Assembly: GCA_963693055.1 (NCBI GenBank)
Contig: OY843751.1
Location: forward strand, 3,330,359 to 3,394,358
Direction: 5' to 3'
DNA: 64,000 nt
From: a bacterium
GTDB taxonomy: Bacteria > Zhuqueibacterota > Zhuqueibacteria > Residuimicrobiales > Krinioviventaceae
Made by a program: the position numbers and the translations under genes. Positions 1 to 8,844 of the stretch are shown in pieces (within the stretch, counting starts at the first letter, position 1; the number at the start of each line of letters is the position of its first letter). Below the pieces are notes generated by a model, which worked only from the letters and a program-made list of their open reading frames with translations, was not told the DNA's origin and searched no databases.

Positions 1-180
1 ACGTTCTTCCATCATCAAGTCCAGGACCAGCAGGTCATACTGGTTTTCACGGAGTTTCTTCAATGCATCAGATGACGTATATGCTTCTTCAACCGTATAC
101 CCTTTTGATTCCAGAATCGTTTTGTTGATCTCGATAAAATCCGGATCATCATCTGCCAGTAAAATTTTAATATCTTTCAT
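1..180 (-). CDS. Response regulator receiver domain protein; only the N-terminal part lies in the window and the gene continues past position 1
   Basis: The reverse-complement translation from the ATG at 178-180 reads MKDIKILLADDDPDFIEINKTILESKGYTVEEAY...LVLDLMMEE. This is a CheY-like receiver with an acidic DDD pocket and a phosphoacceptor D. A GGAGAG Shine-Dalgarno sits 8 nt upstream. Confidence 0.75.
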   Translation of the reverse strand, partial: MKDIKILLADDDPDFIEINKTILESKGYTVEEAYTSSDALKKLRENQYDLLVLDLMMEER

Positions 181-214
181 ATTCTCTCCTGTTTTCAAGA
201 AAACAGACTATTAT

Positions 215-586
215 TTAAATACGGTTTACATCCAGCGCTGACTGAATGGCCGTTGTTAAATCATTTATACCAAAAGAGTTCAAATGGTAATAGAAAACTT
301 GTTCTTTACGGATAGCTGTTTCCAGATCTCTGGAATTGGAACGAGATTGAACAATAATCCGTGATGCTGGCGAACTCCCTTTTAAAATGCGGAGTGTTTG
401 ATTTATTTGAATATCTTCCAATCCCGCATCTATGATAATTACATCAAAATGGTGTTCTTGAGCCTGTTGAATACCTGCAAACGGATCATTAACGATCTTG
501 TAGTTTACTTTTTTAGATTCCAGAAAAAGTTCAAGATCGCGGTTAGCTTCGTTTACAGATGTTGATATTAACAGACAATTCATCAC
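215..586 (-). CDS. Atypical receiver-like (pseudo-receiver) domain protein
   Basis: The 123-aa ORF has a CheY-like topology (hydrophobic strand LLIST, then DVIIIDAGLED with a candidate acceptor Asp). The N-terminal acidic pair is replaced by STS, so phospho-acceptance is uncertain. Confidence 0.5.
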   Translation of the reverse strand: MMNCLLISTSVNEANRDLELFLESKKVNYKIVNDPFAGIQQAQEHHFDVIIIDAGLEDIQINQTLRILKGSSPASRIIVQSRSNSRDLETAIRKEQVFYYHLNSFGINDLTTAIQSALDVNRI

Positions 587-771
587 AATACCAATAATTA
601 ATATTATTCATCTGTTTACTATCAATTTGCGTGCCACAGATTCAAGTCAAAAACCGCAACCACAAACATAACACAAGTCATTTAAAAACAGTAAATTAAC
701 AACACTAGCGCAGTAATGTAATAAATGGATTATATCATTTATGAGAGAGTTAAGTGTGGAATTTCTCCACA

Positions 772-2091
772 CTACAAATCGTACTTGCGGATCTTGTCGT
801 AAAGGGTTTTTCGATCAATTTGAAGGGCTTTGGCACTCTTACTAATGTTTCCCTGAAACTTTTCAAGAATGTTATGGATGTGTCTCTTTTCCATATCAGC
901 GAGTGATATAGCATCTGTTTCAGACAAGGTTGTAGAGTGAATATGAGCAGGCAAACTGGATTCATGAATAACCAGAGATTCTTCAATTACAATTGCACGT
1001 TCTATAACATTTTCCAGCTCTCGTATATTACCAGGCCAATGGTACCCCATTAACGCATTTAACGCATTGTCAGAAACAGATTGTATATCATTTCCCCGCC
1101 GTTTATGATTATGCTTTTGGATAAAATGCTCTATTAACAATGGTATATCGTCTTTACGTTCACGTAAAGGTGGTAAATGAATAGGAATAACACTAATTCT
1201 GTAATACAAATCTTCTCGAAACGTGCCCTTATCAACAGAATCTTTAAGATCACGGTTGGTAGCAGCAATAATACGCACATCCACTTTGATGGATTGGGTA
1301 TCTCCTACCCTACGGATCTCTTTTTCCTGTATTGCTCGCAAAATCTTGGCCTGCACATTTAAAGAAATATTGCCAATCTCATCAAAAAAGAAAGTTCCCT
1401 TGTTTGCAAGCTCAAATGCGCCATGCTTTGTAGTATGCGCACCCGTAAAGGATCCTTTAGCATGCCCAAACAACTCGCTCTCAAAAAGTGATTCCACAAG
1501 TGAACCGCAATCCATTGCGAAAAAGGGTTTATTTGTGCGCAAACTGGCAGCATGTATAGCCCGGGCTATCATCTCTTTTCCTGTACCACTCTCACCCAAT
1601 ACCAGAACTGTGCTTTCAGTGGGTGCAATTTTATCGATCATTTCAAATATGTGACGCATTTGCTGCGAATGGCCAATAATTCGCATCGGTTTTCCATCAA
1701 AATCAAACTCATAATACCCATTTTGGTCAGATTTACGGCTTTCCATGATTTGATGAACCAGCTCCAACGCCTGATCTGGCTGAAAAGGCTTGGACAAATA
1801 ATCAAAGGCACCAATACGTCCTGCCTCTACAGCAGTCTCCAGAGAAGCATGCCCCGTAATAATAATGACTTCAAGTGCAGGATTATCTTTTTTCAATTCC
1901 TTAAGCAGCTCTATACCGTTCATGCCCGGTAGTTGATAATCTACAAACGCAACATCATAATTCTTTTTATGAATCTGCTCTAAAGCGTTTGTTGCATTTT
2001 CACAAACATCAACACTCAAACCCTTGTCTTTAAAGTAAAGAGCAAAAGCATCACGAAACGAGAGATTGTCATCAATTAGCAAAATATTCAA
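772..2091 (-). CDS. Sigma-54-dependent Fis-family response regulator (NtrC-like: REC + AAA+ sigma-54 interaction domain + HTH)
   Basis: The N-terminal REC domain reads LLIDDN...VDYQLPGMNG. The Walker A motif is GESGTGKE and the GAFTGA-like motif is GSFTGA. There is a conserved arginine finger region, and the C-terminal Fis-type HTH reads KSAKALQIDRKTLYDKIRKY. Confidence 0.93.
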   Translation of the reverse strand: MNILLIDDNLSFRDAFALYFKDKGLSVDVCENATNALEQIHKKNYDVAFVDYQLPGMNGIELLKELKKDNPALEVIIITGHASLETAVEAGRIGAFDYLSKPFQPDQALELVHQIMESRKSDQNGYYEFDFDGKPMRIIGHSQQMRHIFEMIDKIAPTESTVLVLGESGTGKEMIARAIHAASLRTNKPFFAMDCGSLVESLFESELFGHAKGSFTGAHTTKHGAFELANKGTFFFDEIGNISLNVQAKILRAIQEKEIRRVGDTQSIKVDVRIIAATNRDLKDSVDKGTFREDLYYRISVIPIHLPPLRERKDDIPLLIEHFIQKHNHKRRGNDIQSVSDNALNALMGYHWPGNIRELENVIERAIVIEESLVIHESSLPAHIHSTTLSETDAISLADMEKRHIHNILEKFQGNISKSAKALQIDRKTLYDKIRKYDL

Positions 2092-2208
2092 AATTCAATT
2101 CTTTCTTTTAAGAAAGGAATATAATCAGAAAAAATGAATAATGAAATAATTGATTTTTGTAAGAAACTGTAAAAAATTTTAAAATGCTGATTGTTAAATG
2201 ATTTTAAC

Positions 2209-2237
2209 TTGACATTAGGGTTTGTTTTAATTATAAT
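2209..2237 (+). promoter_or_regulatory. Consensus sigma-70 promoter (TTGACA-N17-TATAAT) for the receiver gene at 2291
   Basis: TTGACA at 2209-2214, an exact 17-nt spacer, then TATAAT at 2232-2237. This lies about 55 nt upstream of the ATG at 2291, which has an AAGGAG RBS. Confidence 0.6.
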
Positions 2238-2290
2238 TACTATTAGTTTTTTAAACATTCGGCCATCGAGGAAAAGGAGTTAAAAACATT

Positions 2291-2659
2291 ATGGCAAGTA
2301 TATTAGTCATAGATGATGAAGAAGAGGTTCGTGATATAATCAAACAAATCCTTGAACATGCGGGATACACAGTTTATACTGCGGGTGATGGTAATCAGGG
2401 AATTAAGACCTATCGTGAAAACCCGACAGATATAGTCATAACCGATATCATCATGCCAGACAAGGAAGGTATAGAAACCATAATTGAATTAAAAACCGAA
2501 TTCCCCGAAGTAAAAATTATTGCTATTTCGGGTGGTGGACGTGTGGGGCCGATGGATTATCTTAAAATGTCGCAAAAGCTGGGTGCGGTTAAAAGTTTTA
2601 CCAAGCCCTTTCAACGCCAGGAGCTACTGGACGCAGTGAGTGAATTATTAGATAACTAG
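2291..2659 (+). CDS. Single-domain response regulator (CheY-like receiver)
   Basis: The protein reads LVIDDEEEVRD...DIVITDIIMPDKEGIE...KPF, a canonical receiver fold with the DD pair, acceptor D and K. An AAAAGGAG RBS precedes it. Confidence 0.9.
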   Translation: MASILVIDDEEEVRDIIKQILEHAGYTVYTAGDGNQGIKTYRENPTDIVITDIIMPDKEGIETIIELKTEFPEVKIIAISGGGRVGPMDYLKMSQKLGAVKSFTKPFQRQELLDAVSELLDN

Positions 2660-2704
2660 GCTTAATTTGCCCACGTTTTTATTCATAACAAAAAGGAGCG
2701 AACT

Positions 2705-4102
2705 ATGTTGAAAAACACAATTTTAATTGGATTGTGTATTTCCGTATGTGTATTCATGTTTTCTTGTACAACTCAAGAGGATACAGCTATGAAATTTACA
2801 GGCGCCAAGGGTGAAGTTACTATAATGACTTTGGATCCGGGTCACTTTCATGCCGCATTGGTCCAAAAAACCATGATTGACCAGATCTCACCGGACGTTT
2901 ATATATATGCACCAGATGGTCCGGATGTTGAAGACCATATCAAACGTATGGAAGGTTTTAACAATCGTGCAGAGAATCCCACCAGTTGGAATCTACATGT
3001 ATATAAAGGTGATGATTTTCTGGATAAAATGATTGCCGAAAAACCCGGTAATGTTATGATGACCGCCGGTAATAACAAGAAAAAAACCGAATATATCAAA
3101 GCAACTGTTGATGCAGGAATCAATGTACTGGCTGATAAACCCATGTGTATTGATAAAAAAGGTTTCGAGTTGTTAAAAGAAGCTTTTGCTTCTGCTGAAG
3201 CTAATAATGTTCTGCTTTATGATGTGATGACAGAACGTCATGAAATTACAACCATATTGCAGCGCGAACTTTCTCTGATTCCCGAAGTATTTGGTGAATT
3301 GGAAAAAGGAACCCCTGACAATCCTGCAGTTACAAAAGAAAGTGTTCACCACTTTTTCAAATATGTTTCCGGCAATCCCATTAAACGTCCGGTTTGGTAT
3401 TTTGATACTACCCAACAAGGCGAAGGTATTGTTGATGTAAACACTCACCTGGTAGATTTGATTCAATGGGAATGTTTCCCCGAACAGATCATCAACTATG
3501 AGACTGATATTGAGATGCTGCAGGCAAACCGCTGGCCAACCATGATCAGCAAAGCCCAGTTTGAAAAAGTTACCCGTGAACCTGAATTTCCTGATTTTCT
3601 GAAAAAGAATATCAATAAAAAAGGCGAACTGGAAGTTTATGGTAATGGTGACATGATTTACAAAATCAATGGCATTCACGCCAAAGTATCTGTTATCTGG
3701 AACTATCAGGCACCTGAAGGCGCTGGTGACACTCATTACTCTATTATGCGTGGAACCAAAGCCAATGTAATCATCAAACAAGGTGTAGATGAAAAATACA
3801 AACCTGAATTGTATGTAGAACATCCGCAAGGCAAAAGCACCAAAGAACTGGATGATGCAATAATGGCTGCTATTCACAATCTTCAGGATAAATATCCTGG
3901 TATTGATCTTGAAAAACAGAAAAAACGCTGGCACATTATTATTCCTGACAAGTACCGTGTAGGCCACGAAGCACACTTTGGTCAGGTAACCCAGAAATAT
4001 CTGCAATACCTGGTTGACGGTAAACTCCCCGATTGGGAAGTTCCAAACATGATCTCCAAGTACTATACTACTACTACTGCTTTAGAGATGGCGTCAAAAT
4101 AA
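2705..4102 (+). CDS. Lipoprotein with a Gfo/Idh/MocA-like oxidoreductase fold (putative oxidoreductase C-terminal domain family)
   Basis: Signal peptide plus lipobox (FMFSCTT). There is a Rossmann-like N-terminal region without a canonical GxGxxG, and the full 465-aa ORF is preceded by an AAAGGAGCG RBS. The product assignment is tentative. Confidence 0.45.
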   Translation: MLKNTILIGLCISVCVFMFSCTTQEDTAMKFTGAKGEVTIMTLDPGHFHAALVQKTMIDQISPDVYIYAPDGPDVEDHIKRMEGFNNRAENPTSWNLHVYKGDDFLDKMIAEKPGNVMMTAGNNKKKTEYIKATVDAGINVLADKPMCIDKKGFELLKEAFASAEANNVLLYDVMTERHEITTILQRELSLIPEVFGELEKGTPDNPAVTKESVHHFFKYVSGNPIKRPVWYFDTTQQGEGIVDVNTHLVDLIQWECFPEQIINYETDIEMLQANRWPTMISKAQFEKVTREPEFPDFLKKNINKKGELEVYGNGDMIYKINGIHAKVSVIWNYQAPEGAGDTHYSIMRGTKANVIIKQGVDEKYKPELYVEHPQGKSTKELDDAIMAAIHNLQDKYPGIDLEKQKKRWHIIIPDKYRVGHEAHFGQVTQKYLQYLVDGKLPDWEVPNMISKYYTTTTALEMASK

Positions 4103-4128
4103 GAACAAACAAGCATTTATTCTTATAC

Positions 4129-4163
4129 AGCCCCTTACATTTATTTGTATGGGGCTTTTTTTT
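4129..4163 (+). terminator. Rho-independent terminator after the 2705-4102 gene
   Basis: Hairpin AGCCCC...GGGGCT (6-bp GC-rich stem, 16-nt loop) is followed by T8. Confidence 0.6.
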
Positions 4164-4261
4164 AACCTTGATTTAACCAGAATTACAAGATTAACATGAT
4201 TTCCTTGATTAACCACCAAAAGGCATTTTTGAGTCCTGATCAATAGTTTACGGATTGGGAT

Positions 4262-4320
4262 GAATTGGAGGGTCGATAATAGTCTGAATTATGATTATCA
4301 GGATTGTTATAATTATAGGA
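4262..4320. repeat. Copy of the dispersed intergenic repeat family (core GTCTGAATTA...GATTATCAGGATTG)
   Basis: The sequence GGGTCGATAATAGTCTGAATTATGATTATCAGGATTGTTATAATTATAGGA matches the units at 6.3-6.7 kb. Confidence 0.5.
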
Positions 4321-4552
4321 TATGAAAAATGAAAAACATTAATCCTCACAAACTTATAATCGAATGCACCCAAATTCAAACAAAAAAATTGAAGCATTTT
4401 TCCACTGAATGATAGGGCCTCAAGCCATCCTCTAAAAAACCTGCAACAATAAATTACTTGGAATCGTCAATTATAAATATATTTTATATATCACACACAG
4501 TTTTATTCATTACTGAAAATTAAACATTCCGAATCCAATTAAGGAGGCGTTT

Positions 4553-6202
4553 ATGAAGCGATTGTTTTTATTCTTGTTCATCTTGTTAGAAATTAACGCA
4601 GCAGCAGCCTCTGACAGTATAGAGTTGGCTAAACAAAACGGCAAACAAGCGCAGGAAGCATTAATCCATAGCAATCGGGTTCTTGATGCATATATGAAAC
4701 GTCTCGATCCTGTAACCGGCCTTCTACCCCGCAAAGGTGGAAACAAAACCTGGTATGTACGTGATTCCGCAGCCGACCTCTATCCTTTTCTGGTGATGGC
4801 AGCTTATTATACGGATCGTGAAATTTATGATCACCAGATGTTTGAAATCCTTCGTAATGAAATCAAACATTCCACACGCGTGGGGATGCTTTCCGATAAT
4901 GTGCTGGCAGGCGGAGGCTTTGAACATGACGAAATTGACATGGATCGCATCATTTTCGGGTCCTGCGAATATGTCAAAGACGGTCTCATTCCCCTTACCG
5001 AACTTTTAGGACACCATGCATGGTATGAGCGAATGACAGGTATTGTTGATGATATGATTGTCAACGCAACCTATGAAACTCCTTATGGTATGCTGCCGTC
5101 CATGAGTGATGAAGTCAATGGAGAATTTTTGCAAGCCCTCTCCCGCCTCGCATATCTTACCCATGATTCTCGCTATATCAATCAGGCCATTTCAATTGGA
5201 GATTTTTATTTCAATGTGGTCATTCCCGGGTCTCACGGATTACCTACTCATATGTGGGATTTGAAAAATAACAAACCGGAAACAAACTTTTTTAATTTTG
5301 CCGATCACGGAAATGAGATCGTTGGCGGTTTATCAGAACTAGTATTATTTTTAAAAGAAACCGGACACCCTAAATTCGATGAATACCAACAACCCATGAT
5401 CAATCTTATTGACCAACTGCTTGAAAGCGGCCTGAATTCTGATGGCGTATGGTATTCCAAGATCAATCCCGAAACCAATGAGATCATTGACGAACGCCAC
5501 GCACACTGCTGGGGGTATTTGTTTAATGCGGTTTATACAACATATTTGATTTCCGGAGAAAAGCGCTTTCTGGATGCTACCGAACGTGCATTACAGGCTG
5601 TAACGGATAAGCCTGCCTACCTTGACGATCCTGATGGAAGCGGACGCAATTACGGTTCCAACGCTTATTCCGATGCAATTGAAAGCGCAATCGTTTTTCT
5701 GAATCGTATGCCGGACGAACATAAATTTACAGTGTTGGATGAATGTGTGGACCGGTTCCTGAAACGCCAGCGGGATGATGGTATTATTGAAGACTGGTAT
5801 GGAGATGGTAACTATGTCCGCACCGCACTCATGTACGTTTTTATGAAATCACAAGGCACATGGATTGAGCCGTGGAATAAAGATGTTAGCCTGGGCGCAG
5901 TTGAACAGGATAACAGTATACTGATAACATTAGTAAGCGAAGAAGACTGGCAGGGTATTCTCCGTTTTGACAAGCCGAGACACAAATTGAACTTCAATCT
6001 TTCAGTCAATTATACACGTTTGAATGAATTCCCGGAATGGTATACTGTAGAACAGGACAAACTCTATTCACTTGACATCAATGGCAAACAAGAGGTATAT
6101 ACCGGAGGAGAGCTTGTACGCGGTATACCTGTAGAATCAAATTCTGGTGAGAGCCTGGTGATTCATGTCTCTGCCTTGCCTGGGCCACCGTATGGACCTT
6201 GA
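4553..6202 (+). CDS. Secreted protein of unknown function; possibly a glycan-active (alpha/alpha)6-barrel-like enzyme, which is uncertain
   Basis: An AAGGAGG RBS precedes a cleavable signal peptide (MKRLFLFLFILLEINAAAA) and a 549-aa ORF. No catalytic motif is recognised with confidence. The gene is flanked on both sides by the intergenic repeat family. Confidence 0.7.
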   Translation: MKRLFLFLFILLEINAAAASDSIELAKQNGKQAQEALIHSNRVLDAYMKRLDPVTGLLPRKGGNKTWYVRDSAADLYPFLVMAAYYTDREIYDHQMFEILRNEIKHSTRVGMLSDNVLAGGGFEHDEIDMDRIIFGSCEYVKDGLIPLTELLGHHAWYERMTGIVDDMIVNATYETPYGMLPSMSDEVNGEFLQALSRLAYLTHDSRYINQAISIGDFYFNVVIPGSHGLPTHMWDLKNNKPETNFFNFADHGNEIVGGLSELVLFLKETGHPKFDEYQQPMINLIDQLLESGLNSDGVWYSKINPETNEIIDERHAHCWGYLFNAVYTTYLISGEKRFLDATERALQAVTDKPAYLDDPDGSGRNYGSNAYSDAIESAIVFLNRMPDEHKFTVLDECVDRFLKRQRDDGIIEDWYGDGNYVRTALMYVFMKSQGTWIEPWNKDVSLGAVEQDNSILITLVSEEDWQGILRFDKPRHKLNFNLSVNYTRLNEFPEWYTVEQDKLYSLDINGKQEVYTGGELVRGIPVESNSGESLVIHVSALPGPPYGP

Positions 6203-6274
6203 TAAACCATCATTAAAGGAATAAACCCAGATTATAGGATTATCAGGATTGACTGATTAGAACAATTCCGGGCC

Positions 6275-6491
6275 CTGAGTGCGAGTGAGTGTCATGCTCA
6301 CGAGTGTATCGAAGGGCCAGTAATTGTCTGAATTAAGACCCTGATTAAAGGATTATCCTGTCTGACTTGATTAGAGCCGGGCTCTGAGTGCGAGTGAGTG
6401 TCATGCTCACGAGAGTATCGAAGGGCCAGTAATTGTCTGAATTAAGACCCTGATTAAAGGATTATCCTGTCTGACTTGATTAGAGCCGGGC
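6275..6491. repeat. Two tandem copies of a ~109-bp unit, with 1 mismatch between copies
   Basis: Unit 1 runs about 6275-6382 and unit 2 about 6384-6491; the units differ by GAGTGTATCG versus GAGAGTATCG. Each unit contains the hairpin GTGAG-TGTCATG-CTCAC and the family core GGGCCAGTAATTGTCTGAATTAAGACCCTGATTAAAGGATTATC. Confidence 0.85.
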
Positions 6492-6610
6492 CTGGTAAGC
6501 TGATCGCCCGGCACTTGAGTGCCGGGCGGAATATCACATTGGGACATGTGTCCCTACATACATAATTCAGGACAGAAGTCCTGACTAAAATTCCGCCGGG
6601 CACAAATGTA

Positions 6611-6700
6611 CCCGGCAATCAAAGGGCTGGTAATTGTCTAAATTATGACCATGATTAAAGAATTTAACAATGATTAAAGGATTATCAGGATTGCCATGAT
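6611..6700. repeat. Degenerate copy of the same repeat family
   Basis: AAGGGCTGGTAATTGTCTAAATTATGACCATGATTAAAG...ATGATTAAAGGATTATCAGGATTGCCATGATTAAA. A further partial copy lies at about 6770-6795 and a remnant at about 8925-8975. Confidence 0.6.
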
Positions 6701-6845
6701 TAAATCCGGGCGCTGTACTTTGACATGCTCAGCAACCGTGCTGCCTTCGCCTAAAGCAGATGGATTTATCAAAGGGCTGGTAATTGTCTTTTTACGTTAC
6801 CAAACAGGAGTTTGGTAACGAGTAAAAAAAACGGCAAACATGAGA

Positions 6846-6871
6846 CGCTCAAAAAGCTGATAGCTATCAGC
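6846..6871 (-). terminator. Terminator of the ABC-F gene
   Basis: The perfect 16-bp palindrome GCTGATAGCTATCAGC at 6856-6871 is followed on the minus strand by TTTTTGAG. It sits about 12 nt after the stop at 6883. Confidence 0.6.
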
Positions 6872-6882
6872 TATTAAAAACC

Positions 6883-8844
6883 CTATTCCTCATTCAACGT
6901 TGCTAGCAATTCTTCAATTTCCATCTGAGCGGTCTCCCACTGTTCCATGTTTTGCTGAAGATTGTTTTTCGCGTCTGCATATTCTTTTTGCAGCTGAGCA
7001 GCTTTGGGACCATCTTTGTAGGTTTCAGGATCAGCAAGTAATGTCTCTATTTCACCAATTCGTGTTTCAAGTATCTCAATCTGAGCTTCACAATCATCCA
7101 CTATTTTTTGGAATTGGTTCCGTTTTTTACTGATTGCCTGCCGCGCTTCCGCTTCTTTGCGTTTATCTTCTTTGGATTTCTTGACTATACTGGTTTTAGA
7201 TGTTGATTCAGTAGGACTAGAAGATTTGGAATCAGTGATTTTGGTTTCATCCTGCTGGCGTCTATGCAAATAATCAGAGTAATTGCCCTCATATACCCGC
7301 AAATGTTTTTCCTTGATCTCAATAACGCGAGTCACGAGTTTATCCAGGAAATAGCGATCATGTGAGATGAGAATAACTGTACCATCATAATATTTTAACG
7401 CATGTTCAAGCGCTTCTTTCGATGCCATGTCCAGATGGTTGGTAGGTTCATCCATAATCAAAAAGTTGACAGGCGACATTAATATCTTGGCAAGAGAAAC
7501 CCGTGCTTTTTCTCCACCCGACAATACCCCAACCTTTTTGAACACATCATCACCCGTGAACTGAAAAACGCCCAATACATCTCTAACCTGTGGTAACAGA
7601 CTGTCAGCAACAGAAGAACAAACCTCATCATAGACCGTTGCATTTAAATCCAACGTATCCACCTGATGCTGGGCATAGTAACCAATATCGGTCTTTTGGC
7701 CAACAGTAATTTCACCTTGCTGTTGTTCAAGCTGCCCTACTACCAGACGAGTGAGGGTTGTTTTACCGGCACCATTAACGCCTACCAATGCCAGTTTTTC
7801 ACCACGGTACAGATCCATATCCACATTTTCAAGGACCCAGTCCTTTTCGTATTTGAATGACATGTTTTTTACATGCAGTACTTCTTTATAACTTTGCTGA
7901 TGTACGGAAAGTTTAAAATTCAAGCGTCTTGGCGGTGGCGGCAGTACAACATCTTCAAGCTTATTTAGCTGTTTCACACGACTTTGTACCTGTTTGGCTT
8001 TACTGGCTTTGTAGCGAAAGCGATCAATAAACTCTTCCTGCTGTTGTCGTTTAGCTTTGACTTCTTCCTGTCGTTTCATCAACAGTTCAAGATTTTCTTC
8101 TTTTCTACGCTCATAATCGTGGTAATTACCGGGATAATGGGTCAGTTTGCCTCTGTCCAGTTCATAAATTTCATTACACAAACGTTCAATAAAATAACGG
8201 TCATGCGACACAATAACCATACTACCGCTGAAACTGAGCAAGTATTGTTCAAGCCATTCGAGTGAAGGTAAATCCAGATGGTTGGTAGGTTCATCGAGAA
8301 GCAGCAGATCCGGTTTCTGGATGAGCAAACGCGCCAAATAAACACGCATACGCCAACCACCACTAAAATCAGAGATAGGACGGTGAAAATCAGATACAGC
8401 GAATCCCAAGCCGGACAAAATCGCTTTAATACTGCTTTCCAGTTTGTATCCGTCAAGCACTTCATAACGGCTTTCCAGAGTGCCCAACTTTTTCAGCAGG
8501 GCATCGTGATCGCCTTCTCCATCTTCAAGCTGATGACGGATCTTGTAAATCTGTTCTTCCAGATCCAATAATTCTCCCTGACCTTCTAACGCAACCTCTA
8601 GAATACTGCCACGCTCAATACTGATCTCTTCCTGAGGAAGAAATCCTATAACATAATCTTTGGGTTTTATCTGCTCCATAGAATCAGGTTGCAGGTCACC
8701 ATTTACCACGCGTAACAAGGTGGTTTTCCCCGCACCGTTGGGGCCAATTAACGCGGAACGTCTACCAGGAGTTATGGTCCAGTTTACATCGTTAAATAAA
8801 TATCTTTCACCAATAGCATAATTTAATCGAGATATTTGCAGCAT
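6883..8844 (-). CDS. ABC-F family ATPase (tandem ABC domains, no transmembrane domain, C-terminal coiled-coil); translation/ribosome-associated, Uup/YheS/EttA-like
   Basis: There are two Walker A motifs (GPNGAGKTT, GVNGAGKTT), two ABC signatures (LSGGWRMRV, LSGGEKARV) and two Walker B motifs (LLLDEPTNHLD, LIMDEPTNHLD). A charged linker separates the domains and the C-terminal tail is rich in K and E. Confidence 0.93.
   Translation of the reverse strand: MLQISRLNYAIGERYLFNDVNWTITPGRRSALIGPNGAGKTTLLRVVNGDLQPDSMEQIKPKDYVIGFLPQEEISIERGSILEVALEGQGELLDLEEQIYKIRHQLEDGEGDHDALLKKLGTLESRYEVLDGYKLESSIKAILSGLGFAVSDFHRPISDFSGGWRMRVYLARLLIQKPDLLLLDEPTNHLDLPSLEWLEQYLLSFSGSMVIVSHDRYFIERLCNEIYELDRGKLTHYPGNYHDYERRKEENLELLMKRQEEVKAKRQQQEEFIDRFRYKASKAKQVQSRVKQLNKLEDVVLPPPPRRLNFKLSVHQQSYKEVLHVKNMSFKYEKDWVLENVDMDLYRGEKLALVGVNGAGKTTLTRLVVGQLEQQQGEITVGQKTDIGYYAQHQVDTLDLNATVYDEVCSSVADSLLPQVRDVLGVFQFTGDDVFKKVGVLSGGEKARVSLAKILMSPVNFLIMDEPTNHLDMASKEALEHALKYYDGTVILISHDRYFLDKLVTRVIEIKEKHLRVYEGNYSDYLHRRQQDETKITDSKSSSPTESTSKTSIVKKSKEDKRKEAEARQAISKKRNQFQKIVDDCEAQIEILETRIGEIETLLADPETYKDGPKAAQLQKEYADAKNNLQQNMEQWETAQMEIEELLATLNEE

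Noticed and set aside
3173-4006. A 277-aa minus-strand ORF lies inside the 2705-4102 gene. Similar large antisense ORFs occur at 42658-43419, 61603-62130, 63284-63811, 21127-21564 and 1223-1654.
   Set aside because: Each is fully nested antisense to a gene with strong family motifs. Their products are low-complexity or hydrophobic nonsense, with no RBS or conserved motif, so they are spurious shadow ORFs.
6275-6491. The tandem 109-bp repeat was considered as a CRISPR array, and the 9-mer microsatellite at 46057-46119 likewise.
   Set aside because: The 109-bp repeat has only two directly abutting copies with no spacers. The units are far longer than CRISPR repeats and there are no cas genes. 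The 9-mer has no spacers at all.
6795-6835. The hairpin CGTTACCAAAC-AGGA-GTTTGGTAACG with adjacent homopolymer runs was considered as a terminator.
   Set aside because: The T-run precedes the hairpin and the A-run follows it on both strands, so neither orientation has stem-then-U-tract geometry. The true ABC-F terminator is the separate palindrome at 6856-6871.
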